A stretch of 64,000 nt of DNA from an uncultured Methanoregulaceae archaeon (lineage in GTDB: Archaea > Halobacteriota > Methanomicrobia > Methanomicrobiales > Methanospirillaceae), in NCBI GenBank assembly GCA_963701095.1, contig OY969564.1, positions 2,464,001 through 2,528,000 on the forward strand. The letters run 5' to 3'. Both the position numbers and the translations under genes were made by a program. Shown here piece after piece: positions 1-11,373 of the stretch; positions within the stretch are counted from its first letter, which is position 1; every line of letters begins with the position of its first letter. Under the pieces are notes generated by a model that did no database searches, was not told the DNA's origin, and was given only the letters and a program-made list of their open reading frames with translations.

Positions 1-689
1 TGACAGCCACCAATCCTGAAGAGGGTCGGTAAATCCAGAAGAACCCGAGCGGTTTCCACGGTACTTTCAAAGGCCGTGGGGACTTTCTTACGAACATACC
101 GGATCAGATGTTCCTGTATTCCCCCCATGGTTGTTTTACGGCAGCACACATGGGTATGCTGGTGGCCGCATACAAGAAATTTAAGGCCACGCCGTTCGAG
201 CGCCTCAAACGCCATCGGTGCCGTGTAATGGTAACCGGTAAAAGAATCGCCGGCTGAGTGGGAAAGCCGTTGCCAGCACTTAAGTCGGAGTGTCTGGTTA
301 CCGAGATCGAGCGGCCCTCCGTGAACAAAAAGGATCCTGTTTTCCACCCATTCCATGGGCATGTCGGTAAAAAGGCTAAGAAGAGGTGACCCGCGGAGCT
401 GTTCGTGCCTGATGGTGCTGGTTTCATCACTGCCCGATACCGGCACGCCATTGAGGAACGCATGATCATGGTTTCCCAGGACAGAAATCATCCGGAACTG
501 GTGGGAAAGATCCTGGATAAGCTCAAGTGTAGACTCCGGGCAGTTGCCCCGGTGGAGGAGATCGCCGAGGTTGACCAGTGTATCGACCGGGCCAAAATGC
601 AGGGAAAATGATGGGTCCCGGATAAATGCTGCAACATGCCCGAGGGCGTCTGCATCGGCATGCACATCAGAAAAGACAACCGTGCCCAT
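1..689 (-). CDS. Calcineurin-like metallophosphoesterase (runs off the window start)
   Basis: Manual translation from ATG 689 (absent from the ORF track): MGTVVFSDVHAD...NLGDLLHRG...VLGNHD...CGHQHTH, i.e. the DxH, GDxxxRG, GNHD and GHxH motifs. Confidence 0.88.
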   Translation of the reverse strand, partial: MGTVVFSDVHADADALGHVAAFIRDPSFSLHFGPVDTLVNLGDLLHRGNCPESTLELIQDLSHQFRMISVLGNHDHAFLNGVPVSGSDETSTIRHEQLRGSPLLSLFTDMPMEWVENRILFVHGGPLDLGNQTLRLKCWQRLSHSAGDSFTGYHYTAPMAFEALERRGLKFLVCGHQHTHVCCRKTTMGGIQEHLIRYVRKKVPTAFESTVETARVLLDLPTLFRIGGC

Positions 690-878
690 AGATCAGCGTT
701 AAGGATATTGGTCGTTTATTCTCTTATAAACCCGTGATGTCTGCGGTTCGATCAATGGATAAAGAGATAAAAAAAGGGATATGTTCATGTCCGATTTCCG
801 CCTAAGTACTAGATATCAGCTGTACGCGCACTGAACCATCTCTTTAAGCGTGTATCAAACTCAAGGAGACATCAACAT

Positions 879-1352
879 ATGGAAAAATTCCTTAAGGATT
901 ATATTGATCGGATTCGGCCAAGCTTTAGCCGGATATCGGAAGAGACCGGACATGTTATCGCGTCTGCATTTTTTTCCTTCAAGTTTGAACTGTATCCAAA
1001 GACCCTCCGGGAATGCTCGACAGCTCTTTCGCTTGTTCCTGAAGGAAATGGCAGTTCAGCTTTGAAAACCGCTCTTTCGATTGTCCGGGAATATGCAGTA
1101 GCGTACGAAAACGCGCAGGTGAGGCCTGAATCTATTCCGTTTTTTGAAATATCCGATCAGCCGTACCTTGCGGTTAATCTTGCACCTGAGCTCATTGAGG
1201 ATCCACTGACTCTCGATCTCGATAACGCGCTCCTTCTTCTTTATGCCGTAGCAGCAATTACGTCACCGGACGATGAACAGGCCCTTGAAGAGCACCGGAA
1301 ATATCTGGTAAAAATACTTGATACCTACAAACGTGCGCTCGGAATGCTTTAG
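879..1352 (+). CDS. Hypothetical protein (157 aa)
   Basis: Clean ORF with AGGAG RBS upstream; no recognised motif. Confidence 0.75.
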   Translation: MEKFLKDYIDRIRPSFSRISEETGHVIASAFFSFKFELYPKTLRECSTALSLVPEGNGSSALKTALSIVREYAVAYENAQVRPESIPFFEISDQPYLAVNLAPELIEDPLTLDLDNALLLLYAVAAITSPDDEQALEEHRKYLVKILDTYKRALGML

Positions 1353-1478
1353 AATCGAAGATAGTGCCGGATTTTATATCCGGATATAATTTATCAATCA
1401 ATTGTATCTCTTTTGCCACATTAGTTCAAGACGTTCTCTGAGATCAGTGTATCGCCGCTGCGCAATTAAAAAAGTAAG

Positions 1479-2330
1479 TTAATATTTGTACCAGCGTCCC
1501 TTGCTGTCAAACTCTCCGGTGGATGGCTCTGCACCTGGCGTCGGGTTTTGGGTGATTGCCCTGTAGAAACAGGCTTTATAGGTCAGAAGAAGTGGCACCA
1601 GAACAAGGAGTGCAAGGAAAATAACTATGGCGGTTACCCACATTCCGTTGGTGCCGACAAGAGCGATAAGCTGCTGCGGTGTAACTGCGGCGATCTGCGT
1701 CTGGTTGTAGTGCGTGAGGGGTTCGAGTTTATCAAAAAGAAGTCCTTCCCAGATTATGGCAAACACAAAAAAATCAATAAACAAAATCAGGCAGCATATA
1801 ACATAGAATCCCAGTACTTCACCAGCGTGGCTGGCGACAACGCTGACACTGCGGCGCAGGGATTTAAAGACCTGAAGATCCTCAAACACTGCTGCCGTAT
1901 CGCAAAAGAAAGTTACAAACAGCGTAGGGATCATGACCAGAATTGCAAGCGAACCTGTGATCTCAAAATTGACAGAACCCCCGGATGAAATTGATGTAAC
2001 CATAGTGATTGTTACAAAAACGAGCAGGAGTACAAAGCAGATCACCAGCTCTGGAAGAAGTACACGGAAATAGTAACGGATGCCATCTTGTAGCATTACA
2101 CGTACATTGTTCTCTTTTTTCCTTATCAGGCTCAATGTACCAGCGACAAAAAAAATCATTGCAAGACAGGCAATGACGACGAGCTTGCTCGCAAAAAACA
2201 TTCCGGAGATATTTAAGAGGATCCAGAGCACCGCTCCTAATAATCCTGCAACCACGCCGGGTACCCACAGGATCGGAGCCTGTCGTATAGTACGGACCGC
2301 TTCACGCAACTCAATGAGGACCATGATCAT
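1479..2330 (-). CDS. Multi-pass membrane protein of unknown function
   Basis: About 6 hydrophobic segments; start overlaps the upstream stop (ATGA), implying an operon. Confidence 0.75.
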   Translation of the reverse strand: MIMVLIELREAVRTIRQAPILWVPGVVAGLLGAVLWILLNISGMFFASKLVVIACLAMIFFVAGTLSLIRKKENNVRVMLQDGIRYYFRVLLPELVICFVLLLVFVTITMVTSISSGGSVNFEITGSLAILVMIPTLFVTFFCDTAAVFEDLQVFKSLRRSVSVVASHAGEVLGFYVICCLILFIDFFVFAIIWEGLLFDKLEPLTHYNQTQIAAVTPQQLIALVGTNGMWVTAIVIFLALLVLVPLLLTYKACFYRAITQNPTPGAEPSTGEFDSKGRWYKY

Positions 2331-2917
2331 CGGACCCGGGGCATCGCCACGATTTCCCGTACCTGGAGATCGAAGAAACTGGCAGTATATGACGGACGAA
2401 TAACACAGACCGTATCGGCACCACTTGCCGTTCCACCGACGGCGACAACTTCCTTTTCAATCCCGATCGCACCCTGGTCGGCGGCAATAAGAACACACTC
2501 GACCGCAACCTTGAGACCGACAGCGATTACCCGGCGGAATGCTTCGGCTATCGCTTCAGTCCGGGACGCGCCCCCCACCTTGGGAGACCGTGAAAGTGCA
2601 CGTTCGAGACCGGACAGGACATGTGTTCCGGTCACAATCTTTACTCCCTGGCCGCGAAGTTTTTGTGCAACAGGTTCGGAAAACTCCCATTCGCCCGGTT
2701 GCACAAACCCCATTACATGAGTCACAACCACAAGGGAGATACCAGTACCCTTCATTGCATCGAAAAAGACCTGCGCGGTTTCTCCGGAGCTGCTGGCGAT
2801 AACAATGGTCGTAAGACCGAGTTCTTTTGCCCTTTCGACAGCAAAATGTGCCGCATCCCCGGTATTACCCGGGCCAGGTTTCTCGAAATAGTAGCAGGTT
2901 TTTGCAGTAAACGCCAT
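2327..2917 (-). CDS. Pyruvate kinase C-terminal (PK_C alpha/beta) domain protein
   Basis: YFEKPGPGNT...IVIASSSGETA...GLKVAVEC.LIAADQG...GGTASGADT...VREIVAMPR, typical of the stand-alone family. Confidence 0.85.
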   Translation of the reverse strand: MAFTAKTCYYFEKPGPGNTGDAAHFAVERAKELGLTTIVIASSSGETAQVFFDAMKGTGISLVVVTHVMGFVQPGEWEFSEPVAQKLRGQGVKIVTGTHVLSGLERALSRSPKVGGASRTEAIAEAFRRVIAVGLKVAVECVLIAADQGAIGIEKEVVAVGGTASGADTVCVIRPSYTASFFDLQVREIVAMPRVR

Positions 2918-3041
2918 AAGTACCTTTTAATAAGCAGCCATGAAAAACTTTGTCAGATTTTAAAATGGACATTTCCCTGTTTAATTTCGCGGACCACTGG
3001 TCTTGCGGATATTTACATATTCCGATCTTTGAGGACATACT

Positions 3042-4208
3042 ATGATCACCCTCGCACTTGCAGGTAAACCAAACTGCGGAAAATCCACCTTTTTCAAGGC
3101 GGCGACGATGGCGAATGTTGAGATCGCCAACTACCCATTCACGACTATCAATCCCAATTTTGGCGTCGCATACGTACGCACGACCTGCCCCTGCCATGGT
3201 CTTGACCTTAAATGTGGTCATTGCATTGACGGTGTCAGGTTTGTAGCCGTCAATCTTATCGATGTTGCGGGACTTGTGCCTGACGCGCACAAAGGAAAAG
3301 GCCTCGGAAACCAGTTTCTCGATCACCTTCGCCAGGCTGATGCAATCCTCCACATTATCGATGCAAGCGGCGGCACAGACAGTGAAGGAAACCCGGTTGG
3401 GGTTGGGAACCATGACCCGGCAGAAGACGTGAAGTTTCTCGAATATGAAATGACCATGTGGGTGTACGGAATCCTCGACAAACACTGGTCCCGCCTTTCC
3501 CGGCAGGCATCTGTCAAAACGTTTTCCATTCACCAGGGAATTGCCGAGGTTTTTACCGGTCTTGGGATCACACCCGAGGATATCCGTGATGCCGAGCTCC
3601 TCCTCAAGATTGACCTTGTCCATGCCCAGATGGAAAGCCTCGTACCTTTCTGCGCGGAAATGGTCAGAACCTCAAAGCCCATGCTTGTGATCGGGAACAA
3701 GGTTGACGAAACGCCCAACTCTTTGAAGGAGAAACTTGCCGCACAGAAGGTTTCATTTGTCAGTGCCGCGTCAGAACTTGCCCTTCGCAATGCCTCAACA
3801 GCAAAAGTGGTCACCTATCTGCCGGGTGACCAGGAATTCAAAATTACCGAAGGTATCACGCTTTCACCCCCGCAGAAAGCGGGTCTGGTAAAGATTGCCG
3901 AACTTATGAAAATGAACCACGGGACTGGTGTTCAGGATGCAATCAACAGGGCGGTTTTTGAACTGCTCGACCGGATCGTCATTTACCCGGTAGAAGATGA
4001 ACACAAGTTCTGTAATAAGCAGGGAGATGTTCTGCCGGATGCATTCCTGATGAAGAAAGGTTCGACGCCGCATGATCTCGCCTTCCAGGTACATACGGAT
4101 ATCGGAAAAGGGTTTTTGTACGCGATCGATGCCCGTTCCAAGATGCGGATTAAGGAAAATCACGTCTTAAAAGACGGAGATATCATAAAAATCGTGTCCG
4201 TCCATTAG
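3042..4208 (+). CDS. ychF: YchF/Obg-family P-loop ATPase/GTPase, archaeal type, with TGS domain
   Basis: GKPNCGKST, NYPFTTI, DVAGLV, GLGNQFL, NKVD; C-terminal VHTDIG...DGDIIKI. Confidence 0.92.
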   Translation: MITLALAGKPNCGKSTFFKAATMANVEIANYPFTTINPNFGVAYVRTTCPCHGLDLKCGHCIDGVRFVAVNLIDVAGLVPDAHKGKGLGNQFLDHLRQADAILHIIDASGGTDSEGNPVGVGNHDPAEDVKFLEYEMTMWVYGILDKHWSRLSRQASVKTFSIHQGIAEVFTGLGITPEDIRDAELLLKIDLVHAQMESLVPFCAEMVRTSKPMLVIGNKVDETPNSLKEKLAAQKVSFVSAASELALRNASTAKVVTYLPGDQEFKITEGITLSPPQKAGLVKIAELMKMNHGTGVQDAINRAVFELLDRIVIYPVEDEHKFCNKQGDVLPDAFLMKKGSTPHDLAFQVHTDIGKGFLYAIDARSKMRIKENHVLKDGDIIKIVSVH

Positions 4209-4210
4209 CA

Positions 4211-5487
4211 GTGACTACTCCCGCGAATAAATTCGCAGGCATCTATGCCCGTACTAATGATACAGTACTCGCAACGGATTGTAGTCCCAATCCGAGAATG
4301 TTCAGAGCAGCATTAACGTCACGATCAATTACCAGACCGAAATAAGGACATTGATGCACCCGAACATTCAGTTCTTTTTTGACGATTTGACCGCAACCAG
4401 AACACATCTGTGACGTATTGAATGGGTCAACCAGTACCACATGAGAACCAGCCTCTTCCGCTTTGCCCTGTGTGAATTGTACCAGTTGATTCCATGCAAC
4501 GTCATGGATCCTTTTTGCAAGACAATGGTTTTTGACCATTCCTTTCGTGTTGAGGTCTTCAAATACAATTAATCCGAACCGGGCAACCAGATCCCGGCTT
4601 ATTTTATGGGCGAAGTCGGTTCTCCGGTTGGCGATCCTTTCATGTATCTTTGATACAATCATCAAAGATCGCTTGCGTTCCGGTGTTCCCCTTTCGAGTT
4701 TTGATAATCTGTGTTGCGCTCTTGCCAATATAGGTTCATCTCCACAGAAGAACTTCGGCGACTTCACTATTTCACCATTTGAGAAAGCAACAAAATTGGT
4801 TAATCCAAGATCGATACCGATAGCAGGTTTTTCATTGGTTTGAACGGGAATATCTCCGATGTCAACGGTGATTGACGCATACCATTTTCCGGTACATGAC
4901 CGGCGAATCGTACAGGTCTTAATTTCACCTTCAAACGTTCTGTGAGTGATAATGGGTACAGCACCCACTTTTGAGAGTACTAGCCATTGACCATCCAATT
5001 CAAACCCGGATTGCGTATAAGTGATACTGTCATACCTGCCGAACTGTTTGAATCATGGATGACCCGGTTTCTCACCGGATTTGACCCCTCTGAAAAACGC
5101 TTTGTATGCTTTATCAACTCTGGTCACCACGTCCTGCAATATCTGCGAATGAACATTCTTCAATGAGGGGTATTCCTGTTTCCATACCGGTAACATTTTC
5201 TTGGTTTCATAATACCCTACATGTTTCTGTTCCTTTTCCCATGCGTTTTTGCGTAATGCCAATACACGGTTATAGACCATACGGCACTGTTCGAGGGTTT
5301 GGTTGAATACAGTGACTTGTGACTTCCTCGGATATAATCGGTACCGGTGCGCTTTCAACACGTTATCGTTCCTCATATCTCTTATCGATCATTATAATGT
5401 TTGACGTATGTACTGTGAAAGTAATCTCTCCATCAAGACGGCTGTATCTCACCATTGAAATGGGGGGATTAGACTGCACGATCCTAA
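4211..5487 (-). mobile_element. IS200/IS605-family (IS1341-like, tnpB-only) element, decayed
   Basis: tnpB body. Right end on the minus strand: GATG, hairpin CCTGCGAAT-TT-ATTCGCGGG, AGTAGTCAC, ending at 4211. Left-end imperfect hairpin at ~5446-5469. Left boundary approximate; no tnpA. Confidence 0.8.
4243..5376 (-). pseudogene. tnpB: RNA-guided endonuclease TnpB with internal stop
   Basis: ORFs 5053-5376 and 4243-4998 are in the same frame, split by TGA at 5053-5055 (KPGHP*FK vs the usual PRFK). RuvC GIDLG, FEDL and DRDVNAA present; Zn finger CSGC...CPYF has lost a Cys. Confidence 0.9.
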
Positions 5488-5749
5488 AATCATTTTTCTG
5501 TTTTTCTTTCAATTCCAGCATTTCAAATATCGGATTTCCTCATTCCTGTAGATTGCGGCGAAGAAAGCGAAGGATTGTGGTATAGTGCGACATGTGTCTC
5601 CCGTATGTCTGACAACCGTGCCGCTCCTGCCCGAAATTTAGCCTCTTTTTGGCGATTTTAGCCCAAATCTGCCTCCTTTTACCACAAACCTTATAACATG
5701 ACGCTGTGAATAGGGGAAATACCGAGAGAACGGAAAGGAGGTGAATTCC

Positions 5750-6070
5750 ATGGGTGGAGAGATATACCAGGCACAAGTAATCAGGAACTTCTTCGATACC
5801 ATTACCGGAACGGACAGGAACCTGACCCGTATCTATATGTGTGTTATGAGTCTTGCCAAGCTCCGCATGGAGTCCCCGGAAAAGATGGCATCTTTGCTCG
5901 ATCAGCTAAAGAAGAGCAAGGTCAAAAAGGAGCTTTCCATTGACATCCTTGATTATGTCTGTGATGCGGCGAACGATCTGGAGCTTGCAAGTGTTCAGAC
6001 TGCGTTTGGTGTCAAAGATATCAAGGATGTGGCACAGGACTTCAACGCTGTGAGCCTTGATAGCCTGTAA
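5750..6070 (+). CDS. Hypothetical protein (106 aa)
   Basis: Strong AGGAGGTGA RBS at 5736-5744, ATG 5750, T-tracts after the stop. Confidence 0.8.
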   Translation: MGGEIYQAQVIRNFFDTITGTDRNLTRIYMCVMSLAKLRMESPEKMASLLDQLKKSKVKKELSIDILDYVCDAANDLELASVQTAFGVKDIKDVAQDFNAVSLDSL

Positions 6071-6159
6071 CTTTTTAATTTTTTTATTGGCCGTTCATCA
6101 CAATTCGTATATGAAATGTGACTGAGCAATTTTTCCCTTTCTAGAAAAATCCTGACTCT

Positions 6160-7377
6160 TCACCATGAAATACCATGGGTAATAAAAATCCAGTAGAGAA
6201 CGATAGCGAAAAGCCCGCCTCCCAGAGTCGCAAGGAAATTTGTCCCTGCATTGCCTAAAAAGCCTTTATTCTCGAGGAGCGCTCCAACTATGCTGTCAAG
6301 GTTAGTGCCGACAAACCCTGTGATCGTGCAGAGGATCATCATCATCGGGTTAATGATGTTGAATCCAAGTGCGACCATTGAGACGACAAAACTTCCACCA
6401 AGGGCGACCAGTTCACCGGTTACGGTCACTCCACCATTTGTTCCTATGGGAACCTTTCGTAATGTGGTTATCATGTAGGGGATCCCTCCGGTTACCCCGA
6501 TTTCGCTTGCCATGGTATCTGCTGCCGCAGTTGCTACGCTTCCTACATACATTACAATGAAGACCGGCTGGACAAAAACGCCGTACAGAACTGCTGCTGC
6601 ACATGCAACAATCCCGTTTGCAAAGACGTTCCGGTACCCTCTGGCCCCGCTCTTGCCCTGCTCGACACCGATTCGTTTCTTATATTCAAACTTGTACCTT
6701 GTGGAAACCGAACCGAGGATAAAAAACGTGAGCATTACGAGAAACCATGTAGGTCCGGCAAAAACAAGAAGAATAATACCAACAAGGGCTGTTGAGAAGA
6801 GTCCTGAAAGATCGGCAGTCTTGAACCGGAATGCAAAGTACCCAAAAACAAAGGCAATAAAGACGGCTATAATTACAATTTCGATATTGGTCGTGTAGTT
6901 AAGTGCCTGTATGAGATACATCGTCATCGCAATACCAATACCTTCAAGGACAAGTGAGTCCTCGAATCTCAGAAGAATCACTTTCAGGAGCACTGCGGCG
7001 ATGATCCCAAAGACGATCATAAGGAACGCGTTCTCATGGAGATAGACCATGACAAGCATCCCTGCCCATGCAGTGGAAACAACATAGTAAAAGTAGGTGT
7101 TTAGGTCGTCTGCCCCGGACTGGAAGACCAGTTCACCGAGTGAAATCATAGCAAACGTTGTTGCAAGGACCAAAAACGGGAGGAGGTTTACTGCATAAAG
7201 TCCTGACAGGATGCAAAAGACATATGCGAAATATTTCATATCAAAAAAGCGCCAGAGGATCAAAGAACATATGATTATAATGAGTGCCATCAGCCATGGA
7301 GGCTGCACGTACGGGCCGGCCAGGATGGCACCACCGGTGAGCGCTGCTGCATATCCCAGTCCCCGCTGCTTCGCCAT
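6160..7377 (-). CDS. DUF92 / TIGR00297 (TMEM19-like) membrane protein
   Basis: [43 protein letters not shown]. Confidence 0.88.
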   Translation of the reverse strand: MAKQRGLGYAAALTGGAILAGPYVQPPWLMALIIIICSLILWRFFDMKYFAYVFCILSGLYAVNLLPFLVLATTFAMISLGELVFQSGADDLNTYFYYVVSTAWAGMLVMVYLHENAFLMIVFGIIAAVLLKVILLRFEDSLVLEGIGIAMTMYLIQALNYTTNIEIVIIAVFIAFVFGYFAFRFKTADLSGLFSTALVGIILLVFAGPTWFLVMLTFFILGSVSTRYKFEYKKRIGVEQGKSGARGYRNVFANGIVACAAAVLYGVFVQPVFIVMYVGSVATAAADTMASEIGVTGGIPYMITTLRKVPIGTNGGVTVTGELVALGGSFVVSMVALGFNIINPMMMILCTITGFVGTNLDSIVGALLENKGFLGNAGTNFLATLGGGLFAIVLYWIFITHGISW

Positions 7378-7490
7378 TTTCCAGATATTTGTTTTCAGAT
7401 GAGAAGAGTCTTATCGTTTTTTATTTCCCGGCTGTTCAAAGGGATGTCGATACGATTACTATATTTTATAAAACGACCTATCCGGTACGG

Positions 7491-10078
7491 ATGGTTTCCT
7501 CTGACGATCTGCCAAAAAATTATGATTTTGCTGTAGTGGAGGAGCGCTGGCGGGAAAGCTGGTGCGATGAGGATCACTATTTTGACCGCACTTCACATAA
7601 GCCGCAGTTTGTGATCGATACACCCCCCCCGTATCCGACAGGTAATTTCCATATCGGTAACGCATTGAACTGGTGTTATATCGATTTTTTTGCCCGCTAT
7701 AAGCGGATGAAAGGCTATAACGTAATGTTTCCCCAGGGATGGGATTGCCATGGCCTTCCGACAGAAGTAAAAGTGGAGGAGCTTAACCACATCACAAAAA
7801 ACGATGTTTCCCGTGAAGAGTTCCGGCGGATGTGCCGGGATCTCACGTTAAAAAACATCGAACAGATGCGTCTCACGCTCCGTCGCATGGCATTTTCCAC
7901 GGACTGGAGCAACGAGTACATCACGATGATGCCGGAGTATTTTTCAAAAACCCAGCTCTCTTTTTTGAGGATGCTGAAATCCGGTTATATATACCAGGAT
8001 GAACATCCGGTCAACTACTGCACCCGTTGTGAAACAGCGATTGCATTTGCTGAAGTCACCTATGAGGATCGAGAGACTCAGCTGAACTATTTCAATTTTG
8101 ACGGCGTTGAAATTGCAACAACCCGGCCCAGCTCATTGCAGCATGTGTTGCGGTCGCTGTCAATCCGAAAGATGACCGGTATCACAACCTTAAGGGTAAG
8201 AGCCTTGCTGTTCCTCTCTTTAGTCACGCTGTCCCGGTTGTCCAGGATGATGCAGTTGATCCGGAATTCGGGTCCGGGGCAGTCATGATTTGTACTTTTG
8301 GTGACAAACAGGATGTCCACTGGTGGAAACAACACAATCTTCCGCTCCGTAAAGCTATCGATCGATCGGGAAAGATGACGGAGATCTGCGGCACATATAC
8401 CGGGCTTTCCACGTCTGAATGCCGTAAAACGATCCTTGCTGATATGAATTCTGCCGGGATTCTTAGAAAACAGGAAAGCCTTTCGCAGCGTGTCGGGACC
8501 TGCTGGCGCTGCAAAACGCCTATCGAGATCCTCTCAAACCGGCAATGGTTCATCAGGATCCGGCAAAAGGAGATCCGAGATGCAGCCCACCAGATTACTT
8601 GGTACCCCCAGCATATGTTGTTACGGATGGAGAACTGGATTGACCAGATGGAATGGGACTGGTGTATCTCCCGGCAGCGGATATTTGCCACGCCGATACC
8701 TGTATGGTCCTGTGCAAAATGTGGAGAGCTGGTGGTACCGGATGAAAAAGACCTTCCCTGCGACCCTACCCTTACACAGCCAAAGCACCCATGCCCCAAG
8801 TGTGGGGGGACCGCGTTCGAAGGTGAGGTGGACGTGCTCGATACGTGGATGGATTCATCCATATCCGTCCTCAATGTTACCGGGTGGGATGGCGCTGGTC
8901 TGCCAAAAATCTTCCCGGCACAGATTCGGCCGCAGGGCCATGATATTATCCGCACCTGGGCATTTTATTCGATCCTTCGCTCGGTCGCGCTCACCGGGAG
9001 CAGACCGTGGGATCAAATCCTTGTCAACGGGATGGTGCTTGGCGAGGATGGTTTTAAGATGAGTAAGAGCCGTGGTAACGTGATTGTTCCCGAAGACCTC
9101 ATCGGTCGGTATGGTGCTGATGCACTCCGGCAATGGGCTGCAACCGGTGCAGCGATGGGATCCGACATTATGTTTTCCTGGAACGATGTGATTGCTGCTT
9201 CACGGTTCCAGACAAAGATGTGGAATATTGCACGGTTTGCACTTATCCAGTTCGAAAAGGAAGGAATCGATAAAGAGGTCCCGGTTACTGCACTCGCAGA
9301 CCGGTGGCTGCTTGCGCGGCTTTCCGCTACCGTTGTGTCGGTAAGCGCTGCGATGGAGAACTATGAATTCGATGAAGCGTTAAAAGCGATCCGGGAATTC
9401 GCCTGGGACGTGCTTGCTGATAATTATATAGAACTGGTAAAAGGCCGGCTCTACGGCAGCGGTGCTTCAAGAAAGAGCGCATGTTACGCTCTCTACACGG
9501 CGTATGACGCGCTCTGCCGGATGCTTGCACCGTTTATCCCGTACTTTGCCGAGGAATGCTATTCGTATCTCGACAAGGGAAGCGTACACAAGCAGCCCTG
9601 GGTCACCTTTAGTTTCGACGATCCTGCGGCACTGGCTGAAGGAAACTTACTCGTTAACGTGGTTGCTGAAGTACGCAAGTACAAGCACGACAACGGTCTC
9701 GCTTTAAACGCCCCGTTGGGAAAAGTCACAGTGTACGCCACTCATTCCGCTAGTGATGAGGGCGATACAGCCCGGACGTTGAATGCCGATGTTCACTGGA
9801 AGAGCAACAAAGCCCATCTTGATAAGGTTGTAGCCGGTATCGATTTCAACCGCTCCATAGTCGGTCCGACCTTCAGGAAAGATGCGGGTGTATTTATGGA
9901 AGCAGTCAAGGCTCTTTCTCCTGAAGAACTTGCAAATCCGCCGCAGAAGATAAATGTTAACGGGAAAACCCTGGATGTCCCGGAAAACGCGTTTACCCTA
10001 AGGTACTCTTACATGGAAGAGGGTGCAAAAGTCGACATGATCACAGTCGGCGATGTGATTGTGACGATTGCAAAGTAA
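7491..10078 (+). CDS. valS: Valine--tRNA ligase (one apparent single-base deletion at ~8130)
   Basis: [33 protein letters not shown]. Adding one base near 8130 restores [14 protein letters not shown] and joins the two ORFs (862 aa). Confidence 0.95.
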
Positions 10079-10658
10079 ACCTGATCGCTTCTGCAACAAA
10101 GCAAGCAATCTCTTCTTTTTCAAGAAGTGCATCAACGACGACAAATCGGGAAGGCTCCATGCGGGCAAATGCGAGGTACCGGTCCTGGACTTTTTCGAGG
10201 ACCTCGCGTCGTTCAAAATGTTCCCTGTCACTTTTACCGGCCAGGCGCATGAGGGCATCGTCTACCGGTATTGCAAGGAGGAATGTCTTGTCAGGCACAA
10301 TCGACCATCCGTTATGCATCGCCCGTAGCCATCCCTCAGGATCGGGTATGACACCGTTGAGAGTGACTGACTGGTAGGCAAAACGGCTGTCAGAGTACCG
10401 GTCAGAAATTACCAGTTTTTTGTTGTTTAGCGCCGGACGGATTACGGTTGCAAGATGAGCGGCATGATCGGCGACAAAAAGGGTTGCTTCAGTAACTGGA
10501 TCGATCTGTTCAGCGACTGCCCGCCGGACAGCATCGCCCACCCAGGTAGATCCTGGTTCCCGGGTGAAGACCGGTGTAAGATCAGCAAGTTTTTCCTTGA
10601 GGGCTTCATGCAGCGTACTTTTGCCGGTGCCATCGATCCCTTCCAATGTCACTAGCAT
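10041..10658 (-). CDS. tmk: Thymidylate kinase
   Basis: EGIDGTGKST, TREPG, SDRYSDSRFAYQ; 3' end overlaps the valS 3' end by 38 bp. Confidence 0.93.
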   Translation of the reverse strand: MLVTLEGIDGTGKSTLHEALKEKLADLTPVFTREPGSTWVGDAVRRAVAEQIDPVTEATLFVADHAAHLATVIRPALNNKKLVISDRYSDSRFAYQSVTLNGVIPDPEGWLRAMHNGWSIVPDKTFLLAIPVDDALMRLAGKSDREHFERREVLEKVQDRYLAFARMEPSRFVVVDALLEKEEIACFVAEAIRFTLQSSQSHRRL

Positions 10659-11329
10659 AAATATCCCCTCTGGATCATATCGACCGGCACAGCCCCGGTA
10701 TGAAGGGCTGTTGCAATAATGGCACCATCAAAGCCGGCATTTTTTAAAATATCAAGATCGGCAACTGATGCCACTCCTCCACCATAAAGCAGGCGCCCCT
10801 CATAGACAGAACGCCACATCCCGAGGTGATTTGAACCCTTGTTGACACCTTCCTGCGTTCCCACAAACCCCAGGTTGAGAATTATACAACCCTCAAAATC
10901 CAAATCACGTGCAGACCGGAGCACAGCCACGGGAGATTCTCCGTTGGGGATTACCTTTCCGTTGATAACATCCACACTCAGGTACCCCCCATGGTAATGG
11001 GAAAGATCCGCAAGGCTAGTCTCAGTGCCGACAACATTTTTAATATTTGGGCCGGTAAGGAGGTCAGAGGGAGTCTTGATTCCTCGATCAACATAACAGC
11101 ATTCAACCAGTCCGGCACAGGCTCGAATCGAATTGTCATGGGAACCGGTTCCTTCGAGACGGTCGAGATCGGCAATATAGAGATATTTTGGTTTGACCGC
11201 CTGCACGAAACCGACCGGTTCTACTGTCGGCGAAAGTCCCCAATCGAGCGGTTTATAGGTCGCACGCATTCCGGATTTTCCATGCACGACCGTATTGAGC
11301 CGCAAATCCAATGCAAGCACCAGTTCCAT
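10652..11329 (-). CDS. HisA/HisF-related TIM-barrel protein (C1-cofactor-associated type)
   Basis: DL..VVHGKSG.R..YKP, LYIADLD, VGTET, GGGV, IATALH; divergent from mfnB. Confidence 0.82.
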   Translation of the reverse strand: MELVLALDLRLNTVVHGKSGMRATYKPLDWGLSPTVEPVGFVQAVKPKYLYIADLDRLEGTGSHDNSIRACAGLVECCYVDRGIKTPSDLLTGPNIKNVVGTETSLADLSHYHGGYLSVDVINGKVIPNGESPVAVLRSARDLDFEGCIILNLGFVGTQEGVNKGSNHLGMWRSVYEGRLLYGGGVASVADLDILKNAGFDGAIIATALHTGAVPVDMIQRGYLC

Positions 11330-11373
11330 CGGCTACCCAAAACCACTATTAGGATAAAAGATCATTAAAGTCT

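Noticed and set aside
5053..5055. In-frame TGA in tnpB as selenocysteine or readthrough
   Set aside because: It occupies a conserved Arg position (CGA->TGA) and the gene has other decay changes
5490..5740. Possible small RNA or ORF (5540-5776) beside the IS left end
   Set aside because: No recognisable motif or convincing fold; the ORF overlaps the start of a better-supported gene
8121..8134. Programmed frameshifting or true pseudogenisation of valS, nrdD, gltB1 and others
   Set aside because: No slippery sequences; the genes are otherwise intact or essential; all lesions share two short motifs, favouring sequencing error
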